64,000 nucleotides of DNA from Octopus sinensis (lineage: Eukaryota). The position numbers were made by a program, and so were the translations under genes. Shown one piece after another: positions 1 to 13,350 of the stretch. A model generated the notes under the pieces. The model did no database searches. It had not been told where the DNA came from and worked only from the letters and a program-made list of their open reading frames with translations. The stretch is from positions 10,044,001-10,108,000 of the forward strand of contig NC_043007.1 in assembly GCF_006345805.1 (NCBI RefSeq), given 5' to 3'. Numbering within the stretch: the stretch's first letter is position 1; every line of letters begins with the position of its first letter.

Positions 1-873
1 TATTTCAATTAAAATAGACAGGGACACAATTGATTCCATTGCTATAGGGTCACTGTTGAGGTTGTTACCTCTTCTCATACATTCTGCTGTTGGCTGTCCT
101 TTCACTACGGTGAGATAGAAATTCGCAGTTTACAGCTATTTGATCTTTGTTCCTATACCTGTTCAAGGTACCACACAGTTGGACTGAACCTGAAACCATG
201 TGACTGAGAAGCAAACTTAATGACAAGGCCACACTTAGACCTGAATGTAGTCCAGAATTTGCAGTGTGTGCATGCGCTCTGTAACAAAAATGTTAAGTAT
301 GATGAAGGAGATGACACGAGATTTGACTGACTAGAAGTGCCTAATTAATTCTAACATAATCAAACCAATAATAGCAGTGCAGATAATGGCAGAGATGAAG
401 TGGGAGGAAGAAGAGTTTTTTAAAAATTTTAATTCATTTAAAGGGTTAAAAAAAAATGGTTGATTCAGTGTTTCTTAATTTCTAGTATCCTTGAGACTTT
501 GCCTTAGGCGTCAGGGATATTAGAAATTTTACAACACTCCACTTGAATATTCAGTTTTAATTGTTGGTTGTTTTTGTTTCACTTCAAGTCAACAGTGGAT
601 CAGTCCTGACTGAGCAGACCAATGATCAAAGATGCTCCAGCTATAACTATCTTATCTCATTTTTTGAGCACTATGCATCTAGGACTACACTAAACAATGT
701 TTTCTTCTTAAGATGGTGGGGTGAAATTTGAGATTGTTGCTGTTTAGCCTGTTTTCAGCCATGACTATCTTTGTTTTTGTATATCAGTGACTGAGTGATA
801 GAAAATTTGGCTTTGGTTTTATTTCTAGCACAAAAAGCAACCAGAAAGAGAGTCTCTCAAGTTGCTCTCTCCA

Positions 874-1105
874 GGTGGTTGAGCTGGCAGAATCGTTAGC
901 ACGCCGGCCGAAATGCTTAGCAGTATTTCGTCTGCCGCTAGGTTCTGAGTTCAAATTCCGCTGAGGTCAACTTTGCCTTTCATCCTTTTGGGGTCGATTA
1001 AATAAGTACCAGTTACGCACTGGGGTTGATATAATCGACTTAATCCGTTTGTCTGTCCATGTTTGTCCTCTCTGTGTTTAGCCCCTTGTGGGTAGTAAAA
1101 GAAAT
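874..1105 (+). mobile_element. SINE family A (tRNA-derived head, Meta-domain-like core, AAAGAAATA tail)
   Basis: GAGCTGGCAGAA..GAGTTCAAATTCC..GGTCGACTTTGCCTTTCATCCTTTCGGGGTCGAT..AAGTACCAG. Other copies at about 7321-7540(+), 11075-11235(-), 11420-11630(+), 15438-15620(+), 28610-28826(-), 30105-30275(+), 59220-59420(-). Confidence 0.85.
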
Positions 1106-1630
1106 AGGTTGACCAACTTGTTCTTCAAAGAACCTAATACATTCTTATTTGATATCCATAAAACTAATGCATTTGTATTTTATATAACAAATTAAGGCTG
1201 TTAGCTTGTAGAATTATTAGTGAGTCGGGCAAAATGTTTAGTGGCATTTCTTCTAGTGCTTTCCGTTTGGGATTCAAATTCTGCCTAGGTCGACTTTGCC
1301 TTTCATCTTTCAGGATCAAAACACCGGAGTCAATATAACTGACATGACAGGCTTAGAATTTCTGATCTTGTGCCAACCAAAATTTGAAGCAGTTTCATAT
1401 AACCAGTAAACTAGATTTTGGTAAAAATGCTTAAGAAGAAATGCTACTTCAAATGTGTATGTGTTGAGAGTAAACCTTGACTTTTGATATTAAGTAATTC
1501 CTCTTGAAATGCTTCATTCGCGATATTGTTGTGCAAGCATCTTCTATTCAGAGGAAACTCCATTTATTTTTTTGTATTTCTTATTTTGTAAAATACATGT
1601 TAACATACTTTACATGTATTTTCTTCTGAC

Positions 1631-1822
1631 TGTGTGTGTGTTTATGTATGTTTGTATGTATATATATATATATAAATAAATAAATAAATATATATATGTA
1701 TGTATGTAAATATATATATGTATGTATGTAAATATATATATGTATGTATGTAAATATATATATGTATGTATGTAAATATATATATGTATGTATGTATGTA
1801 TGTATATATGCATGTATGTATG
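1631..1822. repeat. Compound (TA)/(TATG)/(TAAA) microsatellite
   Basis: Direct inspection. Confidence 0.95.
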
Positions 1823-3306
1823 AATAAAAATGCCATCTAATTTATGTCAGCTTAGGCAATGCAAACAATGTTATATATGCATATTAACATACATAATATG
1901 TGTATGTGTATGAGCATTGGCAAGTCAGATCTCTCTCTCTCTTTCTCGTATATATATATATGTAGCTCTGTTTGATTTGCCTGTGCTAACATAAATTAGA
2001 TGGCATTATTGAGTTTGTTCTCATGTTTGTAAATATACATATACACAGTGTTTGTATCAGTAATTTTCTTCTTTCTTTTTTTATATTTTGTCTGTGGTGA
2101 ATGTAAATATGATTATAAAGATTACTCTAGTTACAGTGTTGGAATTAAATCTCCTTGATGTCAAATTAGATTTGCTAATACAAGGAAACAGTAGTTTGAT
2201 TTTTAAGTTACAAAACAAAAAAAAGGAAAGAAATTGTGTTGACATTGCAGTATGTATGTCTCTGGCAATTAACTTCCAAACTTCTCACTTTAAGCAAATT
2301 TTATTTTTCTTCTTAAATATTGAATTGATACTTCTTGACAATGTTTAGAATAAAACGAAAATTCAATATAATAAATATTTGTTTATTTTATAACATTTTT
2401 AAATTGATAAAAAGAAAGAAAGAATGTAAAAAAAAAAAAAAAAAAGAGATAGGAAGTTTAAAATTAGTGTTATTTCAAAATGGCCAGTCTCACTAAAACT
2501 GTAATTTTATGGTTTTTATTTTTATCTTTTGATAAATGTATTGATTATTGTTGTCTATACAGTATTTTCACAGGCTTTTTACAAATTAATCTTCGTAGAA
2601 TTTCCTTTCATCTGAAGTAGTTTTTTTCTTTTTCCCCTCTGTAATTATAATTGAATAAATCTCTTATTTCTTACTAAGATATCTTCTGCAAACATTCAAT
2701 CAATTTAATTAATAATTTATCACATAAGGAAGCTAGTTGCAACCATAAAATGTAATTGACATTTAGATTGTGGCCAAAGATGAATATAATGAGCTTGCAA
2801 CTTAGTTGTTCTCTTCAAGAATGAAGTTTCATTTATATCATTGAGAGATATACTTATCTCTTGATGAGAATTGAGTGGGGGGGGGGGATATAGAAATGAT
2901 TAAAAATAAGAGAGGAGTTGATTTCAAAGTTAAAAGAGATACAGAATAAACACTTGCTAGGTTGGGTTAGGCTTTGCGACCATGTGGTTTCAGGTTCAAT
3001 CCAGTTGTATGTCTTCTTAAGTGAGTGAATTTAGTTGATCGAAACTGTATGGAGGCCACTCGTATATGTGTATATATATATACATGTGTAAAATTGAATA
3101 GAATAGAGTCAGCAGGAAGGAGTACGTTTAGACAGCTATCTAATAAACACTATACATGATTCGATACAACATAGATCCACATATACAAAGGATTTAAATA
3201 AAGCAACGGTTTACCTGTGTAATGGGATCCAGTTGTATCTCCTCAGGTGATATAGAATTGCTGTCCCCATTAGTAAACCTTTGACTTCGATGCTAACACA
3301 TCCAAT

Positions 3307-3469
3307 ATATGTGTGTATATATGGGTATATATATATGTGTGTGTGTGTGTAAGTTCATATGTATATATGTATGTATATATGGGTATATATATGTGAGTGT
3401 GTATGTTCATATGTATATATATTTATATGTGTGTGTATGTCTGTATATATATGTGTGTGTATATATATA

Positions 3470-3504
<35 letters not shown>

Positions 3505-3892
3505 GTAAGTATATGTATTTGTATATGTATGTATTTATATATGTGTATGTATTTATATATGTATATATTTACATATGTATATATATGTATGTGTGGAAAT
3601 GTACGTATACATAAATGTGTATGTATGTGTATATATGTATAGGTGTATGTGTATATATGTATAGGTGTATGTGTATATATGTGTGTATGTATGTGTATAT
3701 ATGTATGTGTGTGTATATATGTATGTATATATACGTATATATGTGTATACATCTATATATATGTATATATAACTATGTATGTATGTTTATATGTAATGTA
3801 TATAGATTATTCATACATATATACATATGAACATACACACACACACATATATATATACCCATATATACATACATATATATACACATATATGT
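3307..3892. repeat. Compound (TA)/(TG)/(CA) microsatellite
   Basis: Direct inspection. Confidence 0.95.
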
Positions 3893-4199
3893 ATTGGATG
3901 TGTTAGCGTCGAAGTCAAAGGTTTACTAATGGAGACAGCAATTCTATAGGCTGGATGAACAAAGAAAAGTATTCCATCCAGGGAAAGGTAAATATCATTT
4001 ACCATACACAGCCCATGCCAGCATGGAAAACAGATGTTAAATGATGACGATTGTGAACTAAGCCTGAAAGATTGCTTGGAGATACTTTGCATGCTATATG
4101 CATCTGCCAATGAAACTATTAGTAGCTCTTGAAATTGTGTATATTAAATGTGCGTGTGTGTTTGTTCTTCCCACTGCTTGATAACTAGTGTTAGTTTAA

Positions 4200-4419
4200 C
4201 CCTTTAGTATTTAAACCGGCCATATCCGGCCAAAATATTTAATCTGTTTTATGTTCAAACTGACCAGATCCAGGCTCTCACACCTACCCTACAATGTTAT
4301 TCTACATTAGGTAATTTACACCATCAAAATCTTGAAGATATGAGATAATGCATGATTAAGTCAAATCAATGTGAATCAATTAGCATTATGTTTGATAGAA
4401 TAATCAGAACACTAAAGGG
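4200..4419. mobile_element. piggyBac-type MITE (TTAA TSD) nested in a SINE
   Basis: TTAA 4196-99 and 4420-23; termini CCCTTTAGT / ACTAAAGGG. Confidence 0.75.
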
Positions 4420-4612
4420 TTAAGTCCCTGTAACTTAGTGTTTCAGCAAAAGAGATCAATAGAATAAGTAGAAGACTTTAAAATAAGCACTGGTGATCAA
4501 TTTGTTTGGTTAAACCCTTCAATGTGGTGTCCCCCCCCCCCATGGCTGCAGTCCATTGACTGAAATAGGTAAAAGTAAAAAAGATATAAATATAAGAGTT
4601 TAAGAAAAACAA

Positions 4613-4985
4613 ACAAGAACATGCAGAGAGCACAAACCTCCACCAATACAACACCAACGTCCTCTGAATTAGCCGGAGATGATTTTTAAAATGAGAATAT
4701 CTGAAATCAAATCGACTGCTCTTACAAACGAGAATACTAAAAATGAACCCGACCACTCTCAAAAATTATGTAATAAAAACTGGAAAAATAATCCAGAATC
4801 CTTGCCTGGTACCGGATCAATCTCAAAATCTAATCAGTTCATGACAGGCACGAGGCCAAACATCCTTGAAAGTTTCATCCGAATCCATCCATCAGTTCTT
4901 GAAATATCTTGTCCAGGGACAAACAAACAAACAAACAAATGCAACTAAAAACAATACCTCTGCCTTCGTTAAGGCGGAGGTCAAT
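4613..4985 (+). mobile_element. Helentron-associated (DINE-1/HINE-like) non-autonomous element
   Basis: 5' subterminal ACCTCCACCA (4636-45), internal GATCAATCTCAAAATCTAATCAG block, (ACAA)n near the 3' end, terminal hairpin ACCTCTGCCTT-CGTT-AAGGCGGAGGT (4956-4981). Confidence 0.6.
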
Positions 4986-6661
4986 ATAAGACTTTAAAAA
5001 AAAAATGAAATATAAAAAATTATACATGTTAAAAAGGAACATTTAGTATAATTTAACTGACAATTACAACTGGTCAAATTGATAGTAGCTGTTGTTGTTG
5101 GCCCTTGGCATTTAAGTTCAAATTGACTCAATCCAATTATTTGTAAATCAGTATCGTAGTTGACCACATAGATGTATGTAAATGGTTGGAGTATTGTATA
5201 ATCAAGTATTATTTTAGCTCTTTAAGTGTTCAGTTGGGATTCCTCTATGAGTATCATTTGAAGAGCAATGGACTACGGAAGTCTGACAAGTACTAAATAA
5301 TATTTCATTTTTGTATTTGGTTTGCAAAATTTTTGATGTGAACTTGTGGTGGAACGCATTCTGTTGTGTCTTGGGACGGTCATTATGCCAATAATAAATA
5401 TATGCATTGTTTCTATTTCATTTCTTTATTTTCATTAGTGAATTGCTTAATCATTTAACGAATCGATTGTTTGATTAATCATTTGGTAAAGTAATCAATC
5501 AGCTAGGTTTGCTGATTGATTGAATGGTTAATTAATCAATCAATTAATCAAATTGGTTAAATGCTTAGCCAATTGACTTTTAGAATAAAAAAAGTGAAAT
5601 AGAACCAGTGTCTGTGTGTGCTTATTATTGGCATAATGACCCTCCCAAGATACAACAAAATACCAAATAATACATGACATAATTCTGGTCTCTTCACCCA
5701 ATGAAGTTTTGAGCTGGAATTAAAAAGATAAACTAAAAGAGAGAGAAAAAAGTTTTCCATAGAGATACTACAAAGATAAAACACAAAATATTGATGGTCA
5801 AAGATGAAGGTTATAACCCCATCTCCTGCCTTTTTTTAGATATTTTAATTCAATGAGGTTTTATTATTATTATTTTTGTTCATTTTTTTTTTTGTAAGTG
5901 TACTTTTCTAATGTTGATAACCCAGTATAAAAGATCAATAATAATTTGAACATGAGCAATTTTTTTTTTCTTGATACCTTGCACTGATTGTGAGATTTTG
6001 AAGTTGTTAATTTTTTTTAAAGATAACTCTAGAAGTATCAGTCCTCCCCACCACCAAAGCTTAGAATTTTAATATTTTATTTGGTATTTGTTATATTTTA
6101 CTTGTCTTCCTCATTGGATAATGGCTAGACAGGGGCACTGTCCTGAGAAGTTTACTTGATCAAATTGACCCCAGTACTTAAAGTCTGGTACTTACTGTGG
6201 TAGCCCTTTTTGCCAAACTGCTATGTTATGGGGGACATAAATAAAGCAATACCAGTTGTCAAGATGCTGTGTGTGTGTGGGGAACACACAGACAGACAGA
6301 CACACTCACACACTCACACACACAGTGGGCTTTCTCTGTTTCCGTTAACAGAATCCACTTACAAAGCTTTTTTCATTTTTTTTATTGGCCCTGAGCTATT
6401 GTAGAAAATATCTTTCCAAGGTGTCCCTCAGTGGGACTGAACTCAAAACCACATGATTGGGAAGCAAGCTTCATAACCACAGAGCCATGCCTGCACCTAC
6501 AAACCAAGGCCTGTACCTATGAACCATTTTTTTTTTCATAACGTCACAATTTTTCATTTTTCTGCTCATTCATTCTTACATTAACTTTTGTCATGGCCAG
6601 TCATCATTACCACTCCTTTCCTTTTCCCATCTAGCTGAAATTGGTAATCACTATATAATTA

Positions 6662-7048
6662 ACTAGCAGTATAGCCTGGCGTTGCTTGGGTTTGTTTTTT
6701 TAGTTGCGCTTAAACCGGCAGACTTTGACAAAGTTTTGACATAGTTTCAATCATTTTTGAAAAGTAAAAATTTTGCATTATGCAGTTTGTTATTCTCTTT
6801 AAGTGAAATACACCGAAAATGGTGACACAACAGTCATAAAATCATTAAAAAAATAGGGATTTTCATAGAAAAAAAGCACCTTTTTGATGTAAATAATTTT
6901 TGGTGTTAACATGGTCCGATTTGAATTTTTTCTTCTACGGAATGAAGAGCAAGCCTTCTTCTATCATACTCTCAATTTTGGTCAACTTGCGCTGCAGGGT
7001 CTCGGAGGAGTTAGTGTTAGTTGAAGGCTACCAAACCTGCCACACACA

Positions 7049-7081
<33 letters not shown>

Positions 7082-7106
7082 CAACTTCAGCTTTATATGT
7101 ATAGAT
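6662..7106 (+). mobile_element. Non-autonomous Helitron-like element (ACTAG...ATAGAT type)
   Basis: Starts ACTAGCAGTATAGCCTGGCGTTGCTTGGG and ends (CA)n-GACAACTTCAGCTTTATATGTATAGAT. No TSD seen. Confidence 0.55.
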
Positions 7107-8290
7107 TACTAATATAATTATTTCATATGATTCTAAGGTGGGAAACTACATGAGTTGTTATTGTACTCAGTAAAATATTCAGCAACATTTCTTCTGCTTC
7201 AGTACATTCCCAGTTCAAATTCCACCACATTTAACTTTGCCTTTCATCCTTTAGGGTTTGATAAAATAAGTACCAGTTGAGCACTGAGGCTGATGTAATC
7301 AGCTTCCCTTATCCTTGAAAGGTAGCAAGCTGGCAGAAACGTTAGCATGCCGGGCGAAATGTGTAGCCGTAGTTTGTCTGCTGTTACGTTCTGAGTTCAA
7401 GTTCTGCCGAGGTCGACTTTGCCTTTCATCCCTCCGGGGTCGATAAATTAAGTACCAGTTATGCACTGGGGTCGATATAATCAGCTTAATCCGTTTGTTT
7501 GTCCTCTCTGTGTTTAGCCCCTTATGGGTAGTAAAGAAATAGGTATTTCGCCTGTGTTTATGTTTTTCAGCCCTGTGTGGCTAGTAAAGAAACATATCCT
7601 TGAAATTGCTGGCCTTGTACCAGAATTCAAAAAAATTATTATTTTCTATGAATTTGTAACATTTTTTTTTACTGTCAGTTTACTCCATTAAAATTGTAAA
7701 AGTTCAAAATGAATCGACCAATGTTACATATGAGCCTGTTTGTGTTTAGTCTTCTCTTTTGAACTGGAAACTCAAAGATAAAAAAAAAAAATACTAAATC
7801 AATGGCATTTTGTCTTGCTGGCAATCTATACTGGCATTGTGATAAAGCAAGCAGCCTTATTTTCTGTTGGACATCGAAACAGTACAAAGAAAACGTTGAT
7901 AGTGTGTCTATTGATGTCTATTGTTAGGATGGGTGAGGAGGTTATGGGTTCAATATTAACTGAATGGCAAATGAATGAGATTACGATCAACACACTGTTC
8001 TGATTGTACACAATTATAATTTTAGTTGTTTAGAGACAATAAGCTTTCACAAGTAGAATAGTAAGTGGTCGCATACCAAGACCTCTCTTATTATATTTGG
8101 TAATTTCTTATTGTGAAGATTCTGTCTACAGAATCAGTTCAGCCTCACTGTCTGTAAGTAGTAAAATCTGTTGAATTTGATAAAGTTGTTCTTAATTAAT
8201 AGATGCTCCTTTTTCTCTCTCTCCACATACACACACACATACTGAATATTATAATTACATATCAATTGTCCTCACAAATGTGTGTGTATT

Positions 8291-8760
8291 TACACAGGGT
8301 GTGATGGGTAGATTGTTGCCATTTTATATTTTTAATTTCGTGCATGAGCATTGTTTTTGATTTTGTTGCCTACACAGTATAGTAGGGTCAGTTGGGCACC
8401 TCTGAGAAAAACATTACCATGATGCATTTCACTCTGCCAGAAATTTGGAAACATGCTGTACTGCCTGGCATTTGCACTGGAAGCTCCAATACGAACATTT
8501 CAGAGTGTTTGAGTGTCAATCTGAGGACAAGTGCCAAGATTGATAAAAATCAAATATCCAGTCAGTATCATTTTGGAGCAAACACTAGTGATAGTGACTT
8601 TATACCTCCATTCATCTTCCTATACGGCCTCAGACTCAGCATGGAAGCCTACATCAAGTGCCTGGAAGAGGTGGTGTTGCCCTGGGTTAAGAGGGTCGCT
8701 GCTGGAAGACCCTATGTCTAGCAACAGGACTCTGCACCATGCTACACAAGCAGAAGCTGT
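8291..8760 (+). mobile_element. Tc1/mariner-type transposon relic (left end plus internally deleted transposase)
   Basis: TA(CA)CAGGGTGTG terminus-like motif; catalytic-domain peptide KIKYPVSII..TSDSDFIPPFIF..GLRL..EAYIKCLEEVVLPWVKRVAAGRPYV*QQDSAPCYTSR. Confidence 0.7.
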
Positions 8761-10289
8761 CAGCCACATGTATACATATATTTGCATGAATACATATATT
8801 TGTATCTATACATCATGCAGCAATCAAACCACAGTACTTCTTATACCCATGTCTATTTTGCTGTTCCTCTTTTATAGGCCCCATTCAATTTCCATTGTTT
8901 GACACATCCTTCTGACAGAAAATGCTAAGTGTAAGCTGGTATGAAGAGCTTGTGTTGTCTGGAACAGAACGACCTTCAAAAGAGTTGAATCAACCCTAAG
9001 CAATTCATCTCTAGGAAAGCAATAAGTTAGAGAGTGAGTGTTCTGAAACCTCCCTAAAACATATTTATCACATATGTAGGATTTCAATACATAAATCTGT
9101 TGGTGTAATATAAATGAGGTGGCATGCAAACCATTTTATATGTAAATTTTGTAGATTTTTGTATTTTATAGTCTGTGGAAGAGAGGCTGTACCTTTAGCT
9201 TATACAGGCCATTTCTGATCGGTGGGCTTGATGTGTTTGATGTTCTTGAACTTTTGGAAAAAATATGATTATGATAATGGAAAAAGTTCCAGATTCTGAT
9301 ATGAAGGATTAAGTGAAGTGTTTGTTTTCTCTAGGGATTGTGCTGGTGCCATGTAAAAAGCACCCATAGAAACCATGCCAAAACGAACAGTTGGAACCTA
9401 GTTCAGCTCTCTGACTTGCCAGCACTTGTCAAACCGGCAACCCATGATATCATTGAAAACGGATATTAAATGATGATAATAATGATGATGATGTTGGATT
9501 AGCAGGTGGCACAGGTGCATTGATTGGGCTTCAGTAGGCGTAGTATGCAGCTTGCTAGTTCATTGGAGCAGGAGCCATTGTAGTAGTGGTTGAAAGGACT
9601 GGTGAAAGCTTTTCAAATTGATGGGCTAGTGGTGGTTGCATACATGATGGTGAGTGATAGTTTTCCAACAACCAGATGGTCTTTTGTGATTTTGAGTGTT
9701 TGTATATGTAGTGGCTCCTCCATCTAGAAATCATCATCATTTTAACATACACTTTTTTATGCTTGTATGGGTTGAATAGAGGCGGATTTTTCTACTATTA
9801 GATGATCTTCTTGTTGCCATCTCTCACCTGTTTCCAAGCATGGTATTATTTTTCGCTTGGCCAGACATGTTACTGCAGAATTTTGAAAATGAATGACACT
9901 GCTTGTATGATAGTGACATTCATTTACAACTATCACATGATGACGAAATAAAGAGAGACACATACACACACATACAAATATACACACACATGACAAGCTT
10001 CTTTCTGCTTCTGTCAACCAAATCTATTCACAAGGCTTTGGTTTTTTTTTTTTTGGAGCTATAGAATAAGACACTTGCTCAAGGTGCCTTGCAGTAGGAC
10101 TGAACCTGAAACCATGTGGTTGGGAAGCAAATTTCTTACCCACACAGCCATGCCTATGCCTATCTTGTCATTATTCTTATAGGGGTCACTTGTTATATTT
10201 TTTAGCAATCATCTTTCTTGCTGGCATGTATTGGACCCTTGTAAGTAGTAAAGGGTTAAGGATTTTCAAGGTTGGGTTTGAACTGGAAA

Positions 10290-11040
10290 TCCCCTTTTTT
10301 AATCTTAATTAATTGCCCATTTACTCCACCATTGTAACTGAATGTTTGTTTACTCATTTCCTTGCATAAAAATCTCCATCACATATTTCATTGTCTTTAT
10401 GATTTAGATTTCAATTTTGTCAATCTTTCCAGCAATGCTTTTGAATTATTTTTTCCCCCCTTGCTATTGCAACTTTGTTTCTCAGTTTCATTCGTAGAAA
10501 TGAGCAAATTCTAACCTTCAACCTAGTTTTAGACCAGGTTATAAGAACTATAGAAAATCAATATCCACTGGTAGAAATAGTCCCACTTTTAACAACTACT
10601 GTGAACAAATACTGGATAGACTTGCTTTGATGTAAGAATCAAAAAGACAGCTTTATGCTTGAGAAATGTTCTCCTCACATCAACACATTGGTGTTTCTTT
10701 TGTTTCTAACTGCTAATGTTACAGAAAAAAAAAAACAACAACAAAAACTTGTTACATGTCTTCCAATCTTGATTTTCATAACACATTTTTCCAAATGTTC
10801 TAAATATATGTAAGAACCTCATTTCACTGTTTATTTTCTTAACCTTTCTTGCTTTTATTTGCTGTTTCTTTAGTTTTGTAACATAATAAGGTTTTTCAAA
10901 GCTATGGATTCGTCTGTTGATGTACTTTTGTCATTTGTTCAGCGTTATTTAGTCCTCCTACTCTGTCAAAATGTTTTCTATATTTATGGTATTCCAACAC
11001 CCATATAAAATTAAACATTTTCTCTGTCATATTCTTTCTA
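10290..11040 (-). mobile_element. Possible L1/Tx1-type LINE relic
   Basis: KNMTEKMFNFIWVLEYHKYRKHFDRVGGLN resembles the F.FIW...GGL motif after the RT domain; the rest is unrecognisable. Confidence 0.35.
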
Positions 11041-11881
11041 ATTTTGGTACAAGATCAAGAATTTTGAAAGGTGGATGGAGTTGATTACGTCACACCCAAT
11101 ACTAAACTGGTACTTATTTTACTAACCCTGGAAGGATGAAAGGCAAAGTTGACCTCGGCAGAATTTGAACTCAGAATGTAAAGACAGATAAGATATTAAG
11201 CATTTTATCTGGCATGCTAATGATTCTGGTAGCTTGCTGTCTTAATACTAATAATAATCTTTTCTACTATAGGCACAAGGCCTGGAATTTGTGGGTAGGT
11301 GGGATAGTCAAATACATCGATCCCAGTACTTGACTGGTAATTTATTGACCCTGAAATGGTCAAACCTTTCAAAATTTTCATTGACATTAATATATAAGTA
11401 TTTCCTGGCTGATGCACCAAAGAAAAGAGGCAGTGAGCTGACAGAATTGTTAGCACATCAGGCAAATTGCTTAACAGCATTTCATCCATCTTTGCATTTT
11501 AAGTTCTAATTCTATCAATGTTAACTTTGCCGTTTACCCTTTTGAGGTTGATAAAATAAGTGCCACTTGAGCACTGGGGTCAATGTAATTGACTTACCTC
11601 TGTCCCCTAAATTGCTGGCCTTATGCCAAAATTTGAAACCAATATAAGTACTGTCTTGAATCTGAAGACTCAAAGGATTGGTTATCCAGTTACATTTTGC
11701 CTAAACAGGATGCCAATTTGTCACTTGGTTTTTCATTTACAATTGAGTGGGTTGTAGCAATGTGAAACAAAGGTACCACTCAGCCCAGTAATTGAAACCA
11801 CAATCATGTGGTTATGAGTGCAACACCCTAACTACTAGGCCACATGCATTCATGACAATAATATAAATATACAAATATTAA

Positions 11882-12325
11882 CCCTTTAGCATTCAGATTA
11901 TTTTGTCAAATGTAATGCTATTTTATTCACATCGTTTTGAATGAATCATGCATTATCTCATAGCTTTGAAATTTTGACGATGTGATGGCTTGTTTTTGGA
12001 ATGACATTGTAGAGCATGTGTGAGAAATTGGATTTGATCAGTTTGAGCATAAAACAGGTAGAATATTTGGGCTGGATATGACCAGTTTAACCCTTTCGTT
12101 ACCAACCCGGCTGAAACCTGCTTTGGCTCTGGGTTCAAATGTCTTGTTTTCATAAGTTTTGAATTAAAATCTTCCCGTAAAACTTAGTCACAATTTATGT
12201 TCCTAACACCAGCTGAATGAAAACTAAGTTATTTTACTAAATTCTTTGTTATACTTAAAGTAATTGAAAGAAACACAGAGCATCTAAAAATAAATACATT
12301 AACGAAAGGGTTAAATGTTAAAGGG
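11882..12325. mobile_element. piggyBac-type MITE containing a second MITE
   Basis: TTAA 11878-81; termini CCCTTTAGCA / TGTTAAAGGG; right flank TTAG. Confidence 0.7.
12091..12310. mobile_element. piggyBac-type MITE (second family)
   Basis: TTAA 12087-90 and 12311-14; perfect TIR CCCTTTCGTTA. Confidence 0.8.
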
Positions 12326-13318
12326 TTAGTTAAATCATGCTACCATGCTTCTCCAGATCCTCGCTATTTTTTTCATGGCTAACTCAATTGAACAACATTG
12401 AGCGAAAATCCTTGGCACTGTTTTCCTCCTTTGACTTCATCTGGTAAGAGCATATCAACTTAGTAGCTAAAGGTGTATTCCTAGAAATTGATTTTCATTT
12501 TTTAGATCATGCTATTGATTCAGTCTCAGCTATACACAAAATCCTAAGTTAGGTTACTAATGCAATGCTCTTCAGGCGTTTTTAGTTTTGTTGAAAAATA
12601 CTGGACAAAATCCAAGTGAATGTTGCTTGCATGATGGTAACATTAGCCTCTTTAATAACTTCAGGCAGTAGCATCTATCCTACATAGAATTTCTTCTACT
12701 ACTGTTAAAATAGCGAATACTCTGAAAAATTCCAACTTTGTGTCATAGTGGCCGACCAATCTTCATTTGTAACACTTGTAAACTACCGCCTATCATATCT
12801 CCCATTTCTGGAAGGTCAAGTGACCTGCTAGAAATAGCAGTCAGTTCTTCAAATCACAATCTATTGTCTTCTAAAAGCATGGATACATGATATGGGATCC
12901 TTATACACTGTCAAAAAAAAAAAAAAATTGCAGTAAATAAGACAGGGTAGTCATATCTGGAACACCTTAATTTATTTATCTCAGCATTATTATTGTTTAA
13001 AGGTGACTAACATGTTTAAGTCTTTTTATTATATGGAGATTTTAATAAATTACTTGTGTTTTTTTTTACCTAGTTGCTAAGGACCGTTTCCATCCTACAC
13101 TGTGATTTAAAGAGAAATCTGTTATCTCCTGTTTAAATATTATGAATAGGTTTTTTTTCATCTATTTCAAATCACTGCAAATATGCATGCATGTGCACGC
13201 GCGCGTGTGTGTGTGTACAAAATTCTCAGAAATGAAAGAGAGAAGCCTTATCATCTATTAAATGAATAAACTCTATATGACATGTATGGTGAACTTTGTA
13301 AATTCTAACTCATATGAG

Positions 13319-13350
<32 letters not shown>

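Noticed and set aside
9600-9720. Possible second mariner fragment (SQKTIWLLENY..)
   Set aside because: Similarity too short and degenerate to support.
13185-13217. Alternating purine-pyrimidine (Z-DNA-prone) tracts, also about 14530-14570 and 19441-19465
   Set aside because: Ubiquitous microsatellite by-products; nothing links them to function.
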